Shown here in pieces: positions 36,126-45,525 of a stretch of DNA of 64,000 nt; the first letter of the stretch is position 1; each line of letters starts with the position of its first letter. The translations under genes and the position numbers were made by a program. The notes beneath the pieces were generated by a model. That model was not told the DNA's origin. It saw only the letters and a list, made by a program, of their open reading frames with translations, and made no database searches. This DNA is from Bryobacterales bacterium (GTDB taxonomy: Bacteria > Acidobacteriota > Terriglobia > Bryobacterales > UBA6623), in assembly GCA_965238045.1 (NCBI GenBank), contig CBDEGU010000012.1:1685075-1749074 (forward strand), written 5' to 3'.

Positions 36126-37601
36126 ATGAGCAAGCTGCGGCTGCCATCTCGGACCCAATCGAGGCTGACCAGGCGATGGCAGTCGGTCGACCGGTTGCGG
36201 GTTGGATCTACGCTGTGCCTTGTCGGGCTATTTGCTAGCGCGGTCGCGGCGCAGCAGCCGGCGCGGCCAAGACCGGATCCGTCCGCACGGGCGGCGGATG
36301 GAGGCCAGACCTTCATTCGAGAAGCGGCTCCAACAACCCAGGCTCTCGTGGCGTTTCTCAGCCAGCAAGCGCCACCGCGTCTCAAGAGCCTAGAGGTCTT
36401 GCAATCGAATTGGGACGTGAACCTGGTCCCGTTCATCCTCGATAGCCTTGCGCTGATTCCTTACGAAGAACCGGCGTACCGTGTCTTGTTGGAACTGCTA
36501 GAGCAAGGGACGGGGGAGTCGCTACGGCGGGATCGGATCCTGTGGCAGAAGTGGCTTTGGCAGCAGGACTTCACGATGCATCCAGACTATCCCGAGTTCA
36601 AGGCGGCGGTTTACGAAAGCGTCGATCCTCGGTTCCGGTGGTGGTTCTACCAGGGGATGCCCCATGCGATCCGGCTCGACGAAATCATGTGGGGCGGGGT
36701 GAAAGTGGACGGGATCCCTCCCTTGGACCAGCCGAAGGTGATCCCGGCGGCGGAGGCGAAGTATCTGAAAAAGAAGAATGTTGTGTTCGGCGTCTACGTC
36801 AACGGCGAGGCCCGTGCGTATCCGAAGCGAATCTTGGCTTGGCACGAGATGACCAACGATCGGGTCGGCGGAATGGATCTGACGTTGGTTTATTGCACCC
36901 TGTGTGGAGCGGCGATTCTCTACGACCAGCAGGTCGGGGAGCAGCAGTTTTCGTTCGGGACGAGCGGCTTCCTCTATCGCTCGAACAAGTTGATGTATGA
37001 CCGTGCAACGCTGTCGTTGTGGTCGGCGCTGGAGGGAGTTCCGGTGACCGGGAAGTTAGTGGGTTCGGGATTGCAGTTGAGACGTCTACCGATTGTGACG
37101 ACGACATGGGGAGCTTGGCGCGAGGCGCATCCGGAGACGACGGTGCTCTCTCTTGAGACGGGACACAAGCGCGACTACGGGGAAGGGGTCGCCTACCGCG
37201 GCTACTTTTCGACGGACAGGCTGATGTTTCCGGTGCCGTTTGACGACCGGCGGCTCAAAAATAAGCGGGAGGTGTTGGGGCTACTTTTGGGGCGTGAGCC
37301 GGTGGCGTTCGATACGGTGTTCCTCGAGAAGAACACGGTTCATCACGATACGGCCGGGGGGCGGGCGATCGTCATTCTGACGGACGGATCAGGCGCGAAT
37401 CGTGTTTACGACGCGACTGCCGTGACGTTCTCGGACTGGGATGGCGAGGCGACTGTCGCTGATGCGGAGGGCAAAGCTTGGAAAGTGACGGAGAACGCGC
37501 TAGTTGGTCCGGGGGGCGAAGAGCGTGAGCGTCTTGCGGCGCACCGGGCGTTTTGGTTCGGGTGGCACGCTCAGTTTCCTGATTCGCGATTAGTGAAGTG
37601 A
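36126..37601 (+). CDS. DUF3179 domain-containing protein
   Basis: 491 aa. DGIPPLDQPKVIPAAEA...VNGEARAYPKRILAWHEMTNDRVGG...LVYCTLCGAAILYD...GTSGFLYRSNKLMYDR is the DUF3179 signature as I recall it. Confidence 0.75.
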   Translation: MSKLRLPSRTQSRLTRRWQSVDRLRVGSTLCLVGLFASAVAAQQPARPRPDPSARAADGGQTFIREAAPTTQALVAFLSQQAPPRLKSLEVLQSNWDVNLVPFILDSLALIPYEEPAYRVLLELLEQGTGESLRRDRILWQKWLWQQDFTMHPDYPEFKAAVYESVDPRFRWWFYQGMPHAIRLDEIMWGGVKVDGIPPLDQPKVIPAAEAKYLKKKNVVFGVYVNGEARAYPKRILAWHEMTNDRVGGMDLTLVYCTLCGAAILYDQQVGEQQFSFGTSGFLYRSNKLMYDRATLSLWSALEGVPVTGKLVGSGLQLRRLPIVTTTWGAWREAHPETTVLSLETGHKRDYGEGVAYRGYFSTDRLMFPVPFDDRRLKNKREVLGLLLGREPVAFDTVFLEKNTVHHDTAGGRAIVILTDGSGANRVYDATAVTFSDWDGEATVADAEGKAWKVTENALVGPGGEERERLAAHRAFWFGWHAQFPDSRLVK

Positions 37602-37663
37602 TCCTGTGCCGAAGCGGAGTTTCACCAGTCCCGAGTCAAGAGTCGTGAGGAGTTGGTTGCACA

Positions 37664-37813
37664 TCAGCGGCCTGGTTGTCGGCGCGGTTCTTTTTGTTTG
37701 CGTCCCCGGCGTGCCTGCCCACGGCTGGCGGCAATCCGCTCCAGCGCTGCGAGGGCTTCGTCTAAGCGGTGGCGCTGTTCGTAGAGTTCGCGCAGAATCT
37801 TGTGAGTGTCCAT
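37664..37813 (-). CDS. Possible small basic protein (49 aa)
   Basis: MDTHKILRELYEQRHRLDEALAALERIAASRGQARRGRKQKEPRRQPGR*. It is below the track cutoff, has no clear RBS, and resembles small coiled-coil/RRGRK proteins. Confidence 0.25.
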   Translation of the reverse strand: MDTHKILRELYEQRHRLDEALAALERIAASRGQARRGRKQKEPRRQPGR

Positions 37814-37949
37814 GCTTTGTCCGTTTACTTCTTTGGCTTCAGAGCTGTTACCCTGCCGAACCCAGTGCTTCGGTGCCCTTGAGCCGGCAAGGTTCCAGCC
37901 TAGCCGCCGACCTTCAGAAGGGCTTCAGGCGACTGGTAGATAGTGGGCA

Positions 37950-38051
37950 GGCGATTTCCAGACAGCTATCCTCGGATGGGTGCTATCTGGTTCTATTAAA
38001 GCGACTTAGGCCATATCGCGGTCGTGGAACTCTTCGTCCCAGACCTGGCGC
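37950..38051 (-). repeat. Kinase-family 3' module copy B
   Basis: The minus strand reads ...VWDEEFHDRDMA* (stop 38006-38008), followed by GGATAGCTGTCTGGAAATCGCC. It aligns by eye with copy A at 35865-35980. Confidence 0.5.
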
Positions 38052-38489
38052 TTACACCTGTAGCGATCTCAGGTAGCGATAGCTTTGCTCCAGACTCTCC
38101 ACAGGGTCCTCTCGCTGGGAGTCCTGTTCCACAAAGTAGTGCTCGACACCCGTCTCACCCTCCTGGTGCAAGACGGCCACAAAGTCAATGGAACCACTAC
38201 CGACTTCTTTGTGCTCGCCCGGCGGAATCGCCATCGCGTCGAAACGCGGGATCTCTGGTCCCCGCCTCAGGTTCTTCAGATGCATCAGCGGAGCGCGTCC
38301 CTTGAGCCGCTTGAGGACCTCCACCGGATCTTCTCCAGCGAGGGTGATCCAGCAGACATCCGGCTGAATGAGTGGGTGCAGGCAGCGGTTTGTTGGTGGT
38401 AAGACGATACCTGGCGAAGACTCGCTTTGCGTAGCCAGAATCCCAGGGCGCGTTTGGGCTCGAAGGTGCGTTGCAACTCCAGACTTACA
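38052..38489 (-). pseudogene. C-terminal fragment of a xylose-isomerase-like TIM-barrel (sugar phosphate isomerase/epimerase) gene
   Basis: The frame is open only from 38489. ...QPDVCWITLAGEDPVEVLKRLKGRAPLMHLKN...IDFVAVLHQEGETGVEHYFVEQD... matches the C-terminal half of the family. The N-terminal half is absent because the next gene ends at 38541. Confidence 0.5.
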
Positions 38490-38540
38490 CTAGGCCAGAT
38501 ATGGGCTAATAGACGAGACTCCCGTTTCTCAAGGAGTTCC

Positions 38541-40088
38541 TCAGTCATCGCTGGGCTTGTGAGGGTAGCCGCCGTTGGGGGGGTCGAAGTAGCCATTGCC
38601 GTCGATGTCGACAAAAATCGGGTTGGTAAACGAGAAAGAGCTGAAGTTCTCGAATGGTTTCTCCCAACGACGTTCGGAAGTTGCAATGACTAAGTACCAG
38701 GCATCGGTGGTGGGTTGCACAATGATCTCTTTGGCAAAGCGAACACGTTCTTTGGGATCGACATCTTCGATCGAAAAGGTCTCGATGACCTTGCCATTCG
38801 ACACAATCTTGATGTTGTCCACCGGAATCCACGGCGCTGCCTGCACTTCCACACTCAAACTGACGGTCCCGTCACGGTCGGTGATAATGGAGCCAACCTG
38901 GGCCCCATTTGCCTTGAACTCGATAAAGGGACCGAAGGATGCGGTGGAGGCGCGGTTCTTGAGAGCGTTGACAACCTTGGCAGGGTCGATCTCCCAAGGA
39001 TTGTCGGTCTGCGATGCCACGTAGTTCCGAGGGTAGCCCGGCAGCGCGTCCGGGTAGCTGTGGGTGTCGGTGTTGGCTACACCGGCGATCAGAATGCCTC
39101 GGTTCAGTAGGCTGTACCAGTCCTTAAGCTTCTGATCGACCACAGCGCTGCGGCCGATACCCTCCAGCGTGCTGTCAGTGAGCGCATTAAAGATCTCGAC
39201 CTGGTCGAAACCCGTTTCGAAATAGGGGTAGTCGAACTCCGAGGTCTCGCGGTTCAATCGCCCGTCGAAGTATCCACTGGCCGGGTTGGGCTCGACCTCG
39301 ATTCGCCGCCGCGGATGATTGATCTGTGCGATCTCATCACCCGGATCCTGGCGCAGCAAGCGCAGGAACTCACCTGGCGTGCGGATGGCCTTTCGATAGT
39401 CGCGGTCATCCCAAGGGTTGAGTTCGAGCGGAAAACTGTTGAAGTGACCAAAACTGGTGTCAATCTCGGCCCCGACAACAGACTTCATGAAGCGCTCGAG
39501 GCGTAGCTCTTTGATGTAAGGTGCATAATCCTTGAGGATGTTGTGGTCGGTAGCGGTCAGCAGGTCGATCCCCTCGGCGGCGCAAACGATAGCGCCGTCT
39601 CGCATGGCAAACGTTAAGTGCAGGTGAAAGTCCGAAGAGATGAAGCCGCGCGTGTCAATCGCCCGTTCCAGCGTGCTTGCAAGATAAGTCGTCTTGCCTT
39701 CTTCAATCCCGATTCTGTGGTGATCGAGAGTGTACTCAAGACCGCGCGACACATAGACGTCATATTCACCCACGGGAAGCGTCTTGACCTCGCGACCCGA
39801 TGCGGTGACGAGAAAGTTCTTGAACCGGCCAACGGTCGGGAGATCGTTGCGGCCGTCGGCGTAAGCGAAGTACAGACGCGAGGGCAGGTGGACGCCCGAG
39901 CGCCCCTCGATCACTTCAAAGGAGAGGGTTCCCACGGGCTGATCCGTTTCCATCACGAATCGCTCGTCGGGATCGGGGTCCACAGCAGGCACAGCCGCGG
40001 TGGTGCCTTGATCGTGCATCACGACCCAGAAAGCGCTTAAGCAAAGAATGAAACCCAACCGGAGGGCGAAAATGCGCGTCCAGGACAT
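38541..40088 (-). CDS. CehA/McbA-like (PHP-type) metallohydrolase, secreted
   Basis: ATG 40088 is preceded by GAGGAGGAG. The signal peptide is MSWTRIFALRLGFILCLSAFWVV. SDFHLHL...LTATDHN motifs are present. The track ORF extends upstream into a repeat (see findings). Confidence 0.6.
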   Translation of the reverse strand: MSWTRIFALRLGFILCLSAFWVVMHDQGTTAAVPAVDPDPDERFVMETDQPVGTLSFEVIEGRSGVHLPSRLYFAYADGRNDLPTVGRFKNFLVTASGREVKTLPVGEYDVYVSRGLEYTLDHHRIGIEEGKTTYLASTLERAIDTRGFISSDFHLHLTFAMRDGAIVCAAEGIDLLTATDHNILKDYAPYIKELRLERFMKSVVGAEIDTSFGHFNSFPLELNPWDDRDYRKAIRTPGEFLRLLRQDPGDEIAQINHPRRRIEVEPNPASGYFDGRLNRETSEFDYPYFETGFDQVEIFNALTDSTLEGIGRSAVVDQKLKDWYSLLNRGILIAGVANTDTHSYPDALPGYPRNYVASQTDNPWEIDPAKVVNALKNRASTASFGPFIEFKANGAQVGSIITDRDGTVSLSVEVQAAPWIPVDNIKIVSNGKVIETFSIEDVDPKERVRFAKEIIVQPTTDAWYLVIATSERRWEKPFENFSSFSFTNPIFVDIDGNGYFDPPNGGYPHKPSDD

Positions 40089-40145
40089 GGGATCTCCTCC
40101 TCGTGCACTCGGGTTGTGTCCCCGCGAGTATTGTCGAGATTCTAA

Positions 40146-40343
40146 GTGCGAGCCGGTTCGGCCGATCATGACACCAAGATTGTACCGCTCTGGTATAGAT
40201 GGCGACAACAACCGTTCGCACTCGCTATCGCCCCGGATTCTCGCTAGCCGCCTGATGGGACTCGATTTTGGCCAGCCCGGCGACGGATTGCGGGGGGCTC
40301 TCATGTCTGATTGCTCAACGGGAAATTATTTCTCGACACCTAT
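40146..40343 (-). repeat. Kinase-family 5' module copy R1 (upstream region, TACAAT box, degenerate first codons)
   Basis: Positions 40179-40343 align by eye at roughly 80-85 percent with 43094-43257. On the minus strand it ends ...GGTACAAT-N9-ATGATCGGCCGAACCGGCTCGCAC (MIGRTGSH). Confidence 0.7.
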
Positions 40344-40730
40344 CGGGTTGACGCCCCTTCGTCGAACATTCTAGCTGCATGGAGCGCAGATTACCACTGC
40401 AGCGTCCCAATTGAACGTCTCTCGCAGGTACCATAACTCTCAACGAAAGAACAGGTTCGAGTTCCTGGACACTACGGGCTGCCGAAATATCGAAGTTGCC
40501 GAAACTCATGTGCAGGGACATCATTCATATCCGACAAGGCCCGGCTACATGGAACCGCAGAGAGCTGCCGGCAGGAAGGAACACTGTTGCTGTACGATAT
40601 TCTCTGAGCCGCAGCTTATTGGCGATACGCCATGGCGGATCCAGACTTTGCCGTTGCCAGGTGAGTAGCCTCGTTGGAGTGGGACTGAATAATCACGTGT
40701 CATCGGAATCCGAAGCAACAAGGAAAACTC

Positions 40731-41282
40731 ATGCCAAGATTCAAGCCGATCAAACATCCAGATGACCCAGAACTCAAAGCTCTCTACCAGGCAGCGATTG
40801 ACGCTGGTTTTGTTGGTGATGAGCAAGACGTGCCCAACAATTTCGTGACCTATCAATCGGAACGACCGGACCTTCTTGCGGTGACGTTGATGCTTGCCGA
40901 AAAGATCGTGTTGAACGGACTGCTTCCTGCCACGGTCAAACAGATGATTGCCATGACGATTGCAATGCAGAACGGTTGCCGCTATTGCACTCGTCTTCAC
41001 AGCAATGCATTGGAGGGCATGGGCGTTCCGACAGAAGTGATCGAAAGCTGTGCGAGTGATCCAGATTTGGCTGAGCTTCCCCCCTCCCAGCGTGCAATTC
41101 TCAAGCTCGCTCTCAAGACTTCAAAAGACCCTCTATCGGTGACCGACGATGATTTTCAGACCCTTCGGGATTACGGACTGACCGACGGAGAGATCATGGA
41201 GGTCACGATGATGGCGGCCACTGAGAACTTTTTCAACACGTGGGCTAGAGTCAGCCAGGCCCCGATCGAGGGAGACGACTAA
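40731..41282 (+). CDS. Carboxymuconolactone decarboxylase (AhpD-like) family protein
   Basis: 183 aa with an MQNGCRYCTRLH CxxC motif. The fold pattern is typical of CMD/peroxidase-related enzymes. Confidence 0.7.
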   Translation: MPRFKPIKHPDDPELKALYQAAIDAGFVGDEQDVPNNFVTYQSERPDLLAVTLMLAEKIVLNGLLPATVKQMIAMTIAMQNGCRYCTRLHSNALEGMGVPTEVIESCASDPDLAELPPSQRAILKLALKTSKDPLSVTDDDFQTLRDYGLTDGEIMEVTMMAATENFFNTWARVSQAPIEGDD

Positions 41283-41625
41283 CCGCAGGCTTGTGTCGGA
41301 GAGCCATCTACCTTTTACCGCGAACCGTATTTCTTGACAGCTTCCTCGATAGGCTGTCCGGCCTTCGGAAGATCCTCGGCAACCCGCGCTGGATGGAACT
41401 CGATGGATGACGCCGAGTGAACGAACAGTTAGTGGCGCCCCTGGGAACACAACTTTCCGAATACAGCTCCGTGATCGCCCGTGGCCCCCTCTGCCACCGC
41501 AGCCATTCGTTGGAGTCGGTGAGACGGACTCTGGCGCCAACGCTACTCACGCGGCCGGGCGAAATGGCCGGTTCAACGAATAGGTTGGCGCAACCATCAA
41601 CTACGGTCACGGCTGTGTCATGCGA

Positions 41626-42963
41626 TTAGGTCCCACCCGCGGACACGACCCCATTGATTGGCAGTGTAATCGTAATCTCAGAACCTTCTCCGAGACGGCT
41701 TTTTACACTGATTTGGCCTTGGTGCTTGCGAATCACGTTGTACGCCGTGGCAAGTCCCGACCCCATCTTTACCCGTGGGCCCGTTCTCGATAAATTGACA
41801 TCGAAGATACGCTTCAGCTTCTCGGGCGGGATGCCCCGCCCAGAGTCTGAGATCTGAATCGTAATCAGGTCGCCTTGCCGAGCGGTCTTAACAGAAATCA
41901 TGCCGGGCCCTTCGATGGCTTCTCCGGCGTTCTTGAGCAAGCTCAGAAACACCTGATTCAACTGGCCCGGAAAGCAGTCGATCGGAGGTATCTCTCCAAA
42001 CTCCTTGACTATCTTGACTCGATCCTTGAACTCGGCCTCGAGCAAGGTCAGTGTGCTCTCGATTCCTTCGTGGATATCGGCACGCTGATGTTCCGCCTCG
42101 TCCAGCCGGGCGAAAGTCTTCAAACTGCCGACAATCTCGCCGATGCGTTTGCTCGCAGCAGTAATGAGCTCACTATTGATCGTGATCGCTTCACACACCG
42201 TCCCGTAGCTTTTGTCACTCGCTCCATCCTCCGGCACCCCATAACTGTTGAGAAGAGCTTCGACTCTGTCGACACAGCGCCGGACGACATCGGAGGCGCT
42301 CTGGAGGACCCCGATGGGAGTGTTGATTTCGTGTGTGATGCCAGCGACCAAGCTTCCAAGAGACGCCATTTTTTCCTGCATGATCAACTGGTTCTGCATC
42401 TCTGCGCGCTCTTCGGTCAGCCGGAGCAGGGTATAGGACATGCCGACATGGAGGGCGTAGATGGTCCCCAGCGTGCTTAGCAGTGCTTGGTCGGTCTCGA
42501 CAACCGAAACCATGGCGAAAAACAGCGCTCCGATCATCTTTCCCTTCGCCGTCATCGGAACGACGAGAAGCATCTCGGGATCGTCGGCCAGCAACCACGC
42601 CGCGAATGCGCTCTTCTCTTCGTTGAGTTCAAGAGCTGGCTTGCTGAACCACTGGGCCCCTGTCCCGCTCAGTACACGCCGAAACAGGGTGCTTTCCGGC
42701 TCGAACCGCGGGTCGTCCGGCTTGTGAAACTGACCGTGGTCATACATGCCAACCACTTTGTGAACTTTCTCCGTCTCACAGACGACGATACCTAGGCGGC
42801 TGGAGGGGATCAGCCAACGGGCGTTGCTACACACAGAGGGCCAGAACGTGTGGAAACTCTCCTGACCTGAAAAAGCCCAAACCGCCTCGTAGAGGCTTCC
42901 GAGCGTCAGACTGCTAACCGAAGCTTGAAAGGGATGTGAGGAGTCTTGGAATTGCCTGCTCAT
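41626..42963 (-). CDS. Cytoplasmic sensor histidine kinase (GAF-like N-domain, HisKA, HATPase)
   Basis: I chose ATG 42963 as the start. It has the H-box GITHEINTPIGV and N/G boxes LLKNAGEAI, DSGRGI, GSGLATAY. Confidence 0.8.
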   Translation of the reverse strand: MSRQFQDSSHPFQASVSSLTLGSLYEAVWAFSGQESFHTFWPSVCSNARWLIPSSRLGIVVCETEKVHKVVGMYDHGQFHKPDDPRFEPESTLFRRVLSGTGAQWFSKPALELNEEKSAFAAWLLADDPEMLLVVPMTAKGKMIGALFFAMVSVVETDQALLSTLGTIYALHVGMSYTLLRLTEERAEMQNQLIMQEKMASLGSLVAGITHEINTPIGVLQSASDVVRRCVDRVEALLNSYGVPEDGASDKSYGTVCEAITINSELITAASKRIGEIVGSLKTFARLDEAEHQRADIHEGIESTLTLLEAEFKDRVKIVKEFGEIPPIDCFPGQLNQVFLSLLKNAGEAIEGPGMISVKTARQGDLITIQISDSGRGIPPEKLKRIFDVNLSRTGPRVKMGSGLATAYNVIRKHQGQISVKSRLGEGSEITITLPINGVVSAGGT

Positions 42964-43051
42964 GCCGGTTCCTCTATTTGTTCGATCCGAATGCCGCTTA
43001 CAGCTGCCCAAGCGTTGATGAAGTTCGCGAAGGCTGCCGCCAGGGCTCAAT

Positions 43052-43257
43052 GGGGTGGGTCGCCGATTGTTCGGACGATCCCCCCACGGGCGAATTGTAC
43101 CGCTCCCAGATAGCTGGTGAAAACAACCGTTCGCACTCGCTATCCGCCGAGATTCTCGCTAGCCGCCTGATGGGACTCGATTTGGGCCCGCTCGACGACC
43201 GGTTGCGGAGACTCTGATGCCTGATTGTTCAACGGGAAATTATTTCTCGACACCTAT
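43052..43257 (-). repeat. Kinase-family 5' module copy R2
   Basis: See R1. The minus strand ends ...GGTACAAT followed by a degenerate IVRTIGDPPH-like remnant. It lies upstream of the histidine kinase gene. Confidence 0.7.
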
Positions 43258-43278
43258 GCGAGAGACGCTCACTTGGGC

Positions 43279-43366
43279 GGCCTAGTTTTGCTCCGCCACA
43301 ACCCGGCTGAACACCTCCCTGTGGCCCATTTTCTCTCCGCCGCTAACAGTTTTCTCCGATCTCACA
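43279..43366 (+). mobile_element. Isolated IS21-type multi-repeat terminus (fragment)
   Basis: It contains GGCCTAGTTTTGCTCCGCC, TGGCCCATTTTCTCTCCGCCGCTAACA and GTTTTCTCCGATCTCACA. The first motif matches the IS21 remnant end at 53022-53041 at 18/20. It ends in ...ACA. Confidence 0.4.
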
Positions 43367-43506
43367 TTAATCTAGATCTGTCTTCAGGAAAGCGAGCTTC
43401 AAGTTACTCGGCGAGCTCGCCGTCCGGCAAACCATAAGCCGCCTAGCGACGGTGAACCAGCCAGGCCCGTGGCACTTCAAGGCCCGTGGTTCGCTCGATC
43501 CCATGG

Positions 43507-44148
43507 TTAGGTGTCGCGCTTGAGCACGAGCGGCGATGGATCCCCCCACTTGCCGGTGAACACGAACTGACTCAGCGGCTTTCGCTGCCTCGGTGCAAGA
43601 TCGCGCTCCTTGAGAGCATCTGGCAGTTTGGCCGGGTCTCCCTTGTATCCGATCGCAATAGCCGTCCACGCCTCAGAATGCTCCGGTATCTGGTATACCT
43701 CACGCGCCTTGTCGGGAAGTATGCCGATCATCTGATGGACACACAGGCCTCGGGCCGTCGCCTCGACAAGCAAATTTCCGGCGGCCAGACCAAGGTCGTG
43801 AACGGCGGCGCGATTCTCCTTGTTATTCCGCGAAAACCTCAGACTAACGACACCCAACGCAAGCACCGGTGCGGACTTCGCCCACGCCTCGTTTCCCTCT
43901 ACGAGACAGGAGAGGAGTCGTGCGAACTCCACAGGGTCTTCCCTCGTCGCAACAAGATAGCTCCAAGGCTGTAACGACACCCAACGCAAGCACCGGTCGT
44001 TGTAGGAGGACGCTGCCCAGCGAGTCGCCTCAAACAAAGAACGGAGGTCGGCCTGCGCAACCGGCCGGTCTTCGAAGCCGTAGGGGCTCCACCGTTCCGC
44101 CAGAAGCTCGTGAATTGGATAATCCGTCGATGCTTTCTTTTCAGTCAT
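43507..44148 (-). CDS. Nitroreductase-family protein carrying an in-frame 8-aa insertion in the SSYNxQPW motif
   Basis: 213 aa. ...ATRWAASSYN-DRCLRWVSL-QPWSYLVATRED... The rest looks intact. Confidence 0.75.
   Translation of the reverse strand: MTEKKASTDYPIHELLAERWSPYGFEDRPVAQADLRSLFEATRWAASSYNDRCLRWVSLQPWSYLVATREDPVEFARLLSCLVEGNEAWAKSAPVLALGVVSLRFSRNNKENRAAVHDLGLAAGNLLVEATARGLCVHQMIGILPDKAREVYQIPEHSEAWTAIAIGYKGDPAKLPDALKERDLAPRQRKPLSQFVFTGKWGDPSPLVLKRDT
43845..43870. repeat. 26-nt direct repeat, copy 1 (native position, codons APVLALGVVS)
   Basis: TAACGACACCCAACGCAAGCACCGGT on the plus strand, identical to 43972-43997. Confidence 0.9.
43972..43997. repeat. 26-nt direct repeat, copy 2 (ectopic, read in another frame as RCLRWVSL)
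   Basis: Identical 26-mer. Positions were anchored on codons 51-59 of the nitroreductase ORF. Confidence 0.9.
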
Positions 44149-44304
44149 AATCGCTCTCCATGTTTCTGTGACCCCTAACCTAGATTAGTTAATTCGTACA
44201 CGTCGGTTCCCGACGATGCTCGTCCCAACAAGGACCCTAGCGCTTTCGTAGCCGCCTGGGACTACAGCCGGGAAGCGCGAACTCCCAGACCGTGTTTTCG
44301 ACCT

Positions 44305-44600
44305 CGGTAGGGTCGGGAACTGGCGCGGTGGCCCATCAGGACGCTCGCTTGGCCGTGTCCGGGGTTTCCCCCTTCGTGCCCGTTTAGCACGCTCCGTGGC
44401 TCCGTTTCCAGCTCCCGCCACTTCGCACGCAGCGTGCGGATTTCCCGCACTACGCGCTCCTGCACACTTCGCGGCAAGGTTTATGGGACCTATCCGGTTG
44501 GAGTCGCTTTCGAGGACAGTCCTGGAGCCGTCACCCAAATCCAGGTGTCCGCTCCTGCCATCCACTACTCCACCCCTTCCATCCGAAGCCTTGGCATGAC
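44305..44600 (+). pseudogene. Relic of the C-terminal part of an IS1380-type transposase
   Basis: The plus frame reads R*GRELARWPIRTLAWP...STLRGS...FARSVRISR. Compare the recalled consensus F.AN.VRL.L..LAYNL...SL.TLR.KLIKIGAKVVRHSR. The first 27 nt are identical to 56925-56951 in inverted orientation. Confidence 0.4.
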
Positions 44601-45191
44601 GCCAAGACCATTCGGTCTTCCTCTTGCCGTATAGTCCTGATCTCAGATCCTGCAGACTACCGGACGCTTTTATCATTTCGCCCCTGCCTCACTGTTGTTG
44701 ACCAAGACTCCATGTGCAGCAAGGTCCCTTCGCTCCACGGGCGTTACCCCGCTTCCTCGCTACTACGGACCTAGCCGTCACCCTCTCGCCTTCCACCGAC
44801 TTCCTGGTTTGCGCCAGTTATACGGCTTCCCTGCTCCGCCGATTTCTCGACGGGACGAGGAGGGCTTCTCCAGTTGCTTAGCATGTCCTTGTCACCGTGC
44901 TGTCCCTACCACCCCGCCGGAGTGACACAACGCCTCGGTCAGTCTGCGTCCTGCCATGCTGCCTTCGCCCGACACTAGAAAGCTCGGCCTCCGGATTATT
45001 TTTTGTCGAGGCCACCTGTGGGTTCACTCACGTTACGGCCCGGTGACTCGCTCACCATCCCAAGGATGGCTTTGTCGGTTGGCTTCATCCGCTTCGTTTC
45101 CTCCACGCCTGCAACCCAAGCTACGGGGCTTCTGACTCTTACCCCGGCGGGACTTCCTCCCGCTGAACATGCCAGCCTTCGCTGGACGCAC
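44597..45191 (-). mobile_element. 5' portion of a group II intron (domains I-III plus first ~26 codons of the reverse transcriptase), truncated
   Basis: The minus strand starts GTGCGTCCAGCGAAGGCTGG at 45191. A domain-III-like CGTAGTAGCGAGGAAGCGGGGTAACGCCCGTGGAGCGAAGGGACC is present. The ORF start MIKASGSLQDLRSGLYGKRKTEWSWR resembles intron RT N-termini and then loses similarity at about 44599. Confidence 0.55.
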
Positions 45192-45426
45192 TATTGTCCC
45201 AAAACTCAATCGTGATGTAAGTGGCTTGCTGACTGCGAGTTGCAGTTGGCGGGTGGGAGAGCGCCGAGGTCCGTTTTTGGGACGTATTCGTGCTAGCGTG
45301 TGTCCTCATGCAGCCTCTGGATCCACTGCCGTACTGTCCAAGAACTCGATCGCCGAACTTCAGGGCTGGTCGAAGCAACCCTGGACGGCTGTTAGGGCGC
45401 AACCCTTCGTTGTCTGGGGCGGCGGC

Positions 45427-45525
45427 CAGTTTGTCCTCGGCCTTATAGACGACACCCATGCCGCCCCGGCCGAGTTCGGAGAGGATCTTGTAGTGGCTGA
45501 TGGTTTGGCCGACCACGACAGTCAA
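45427..45525 (-). pseudogene. N-terminal stub of a Ser/Thr protein kinase gene
   Basis: M/L-TVVVGQTISHYKILSELGRGGMGVVYKAEDKL contains the glycine-rich loop. Similarity ends after about 33 codons. The rest of the 126-aa track ORF is not kinase-like. Confidence 0.65.

Noticed and set aside
44424-44459. Minus-strand GAGCGCGUAGUGCGGGAAAUCCGCACGCUGCGUGC looked like a group II intron domain V (AGC triad, GAAA-type loop, 2-nt bulge)
   Set aside because: The basal pairs do not fit the consensus. The same nucleotides on the plus strand encode FARSVRISR, which matches the conserved AKVVRHSR of IS1380-type transposases. The stretch therefore belongs to the transposase relic, not to the intron.
44185-45191. 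About 1 kb without a credible ORF but full of GNRA hairpins; considered rRNA fragment, RNase P RNA or tmRNA
   Set aside because: No rRNA, RNase P (GGAAAGUCCGG, ACAGAACCCGGCUUA) or tmRNA signatures are present. It is explained instead by a group II intron 5' fragment plus a transposase relic.
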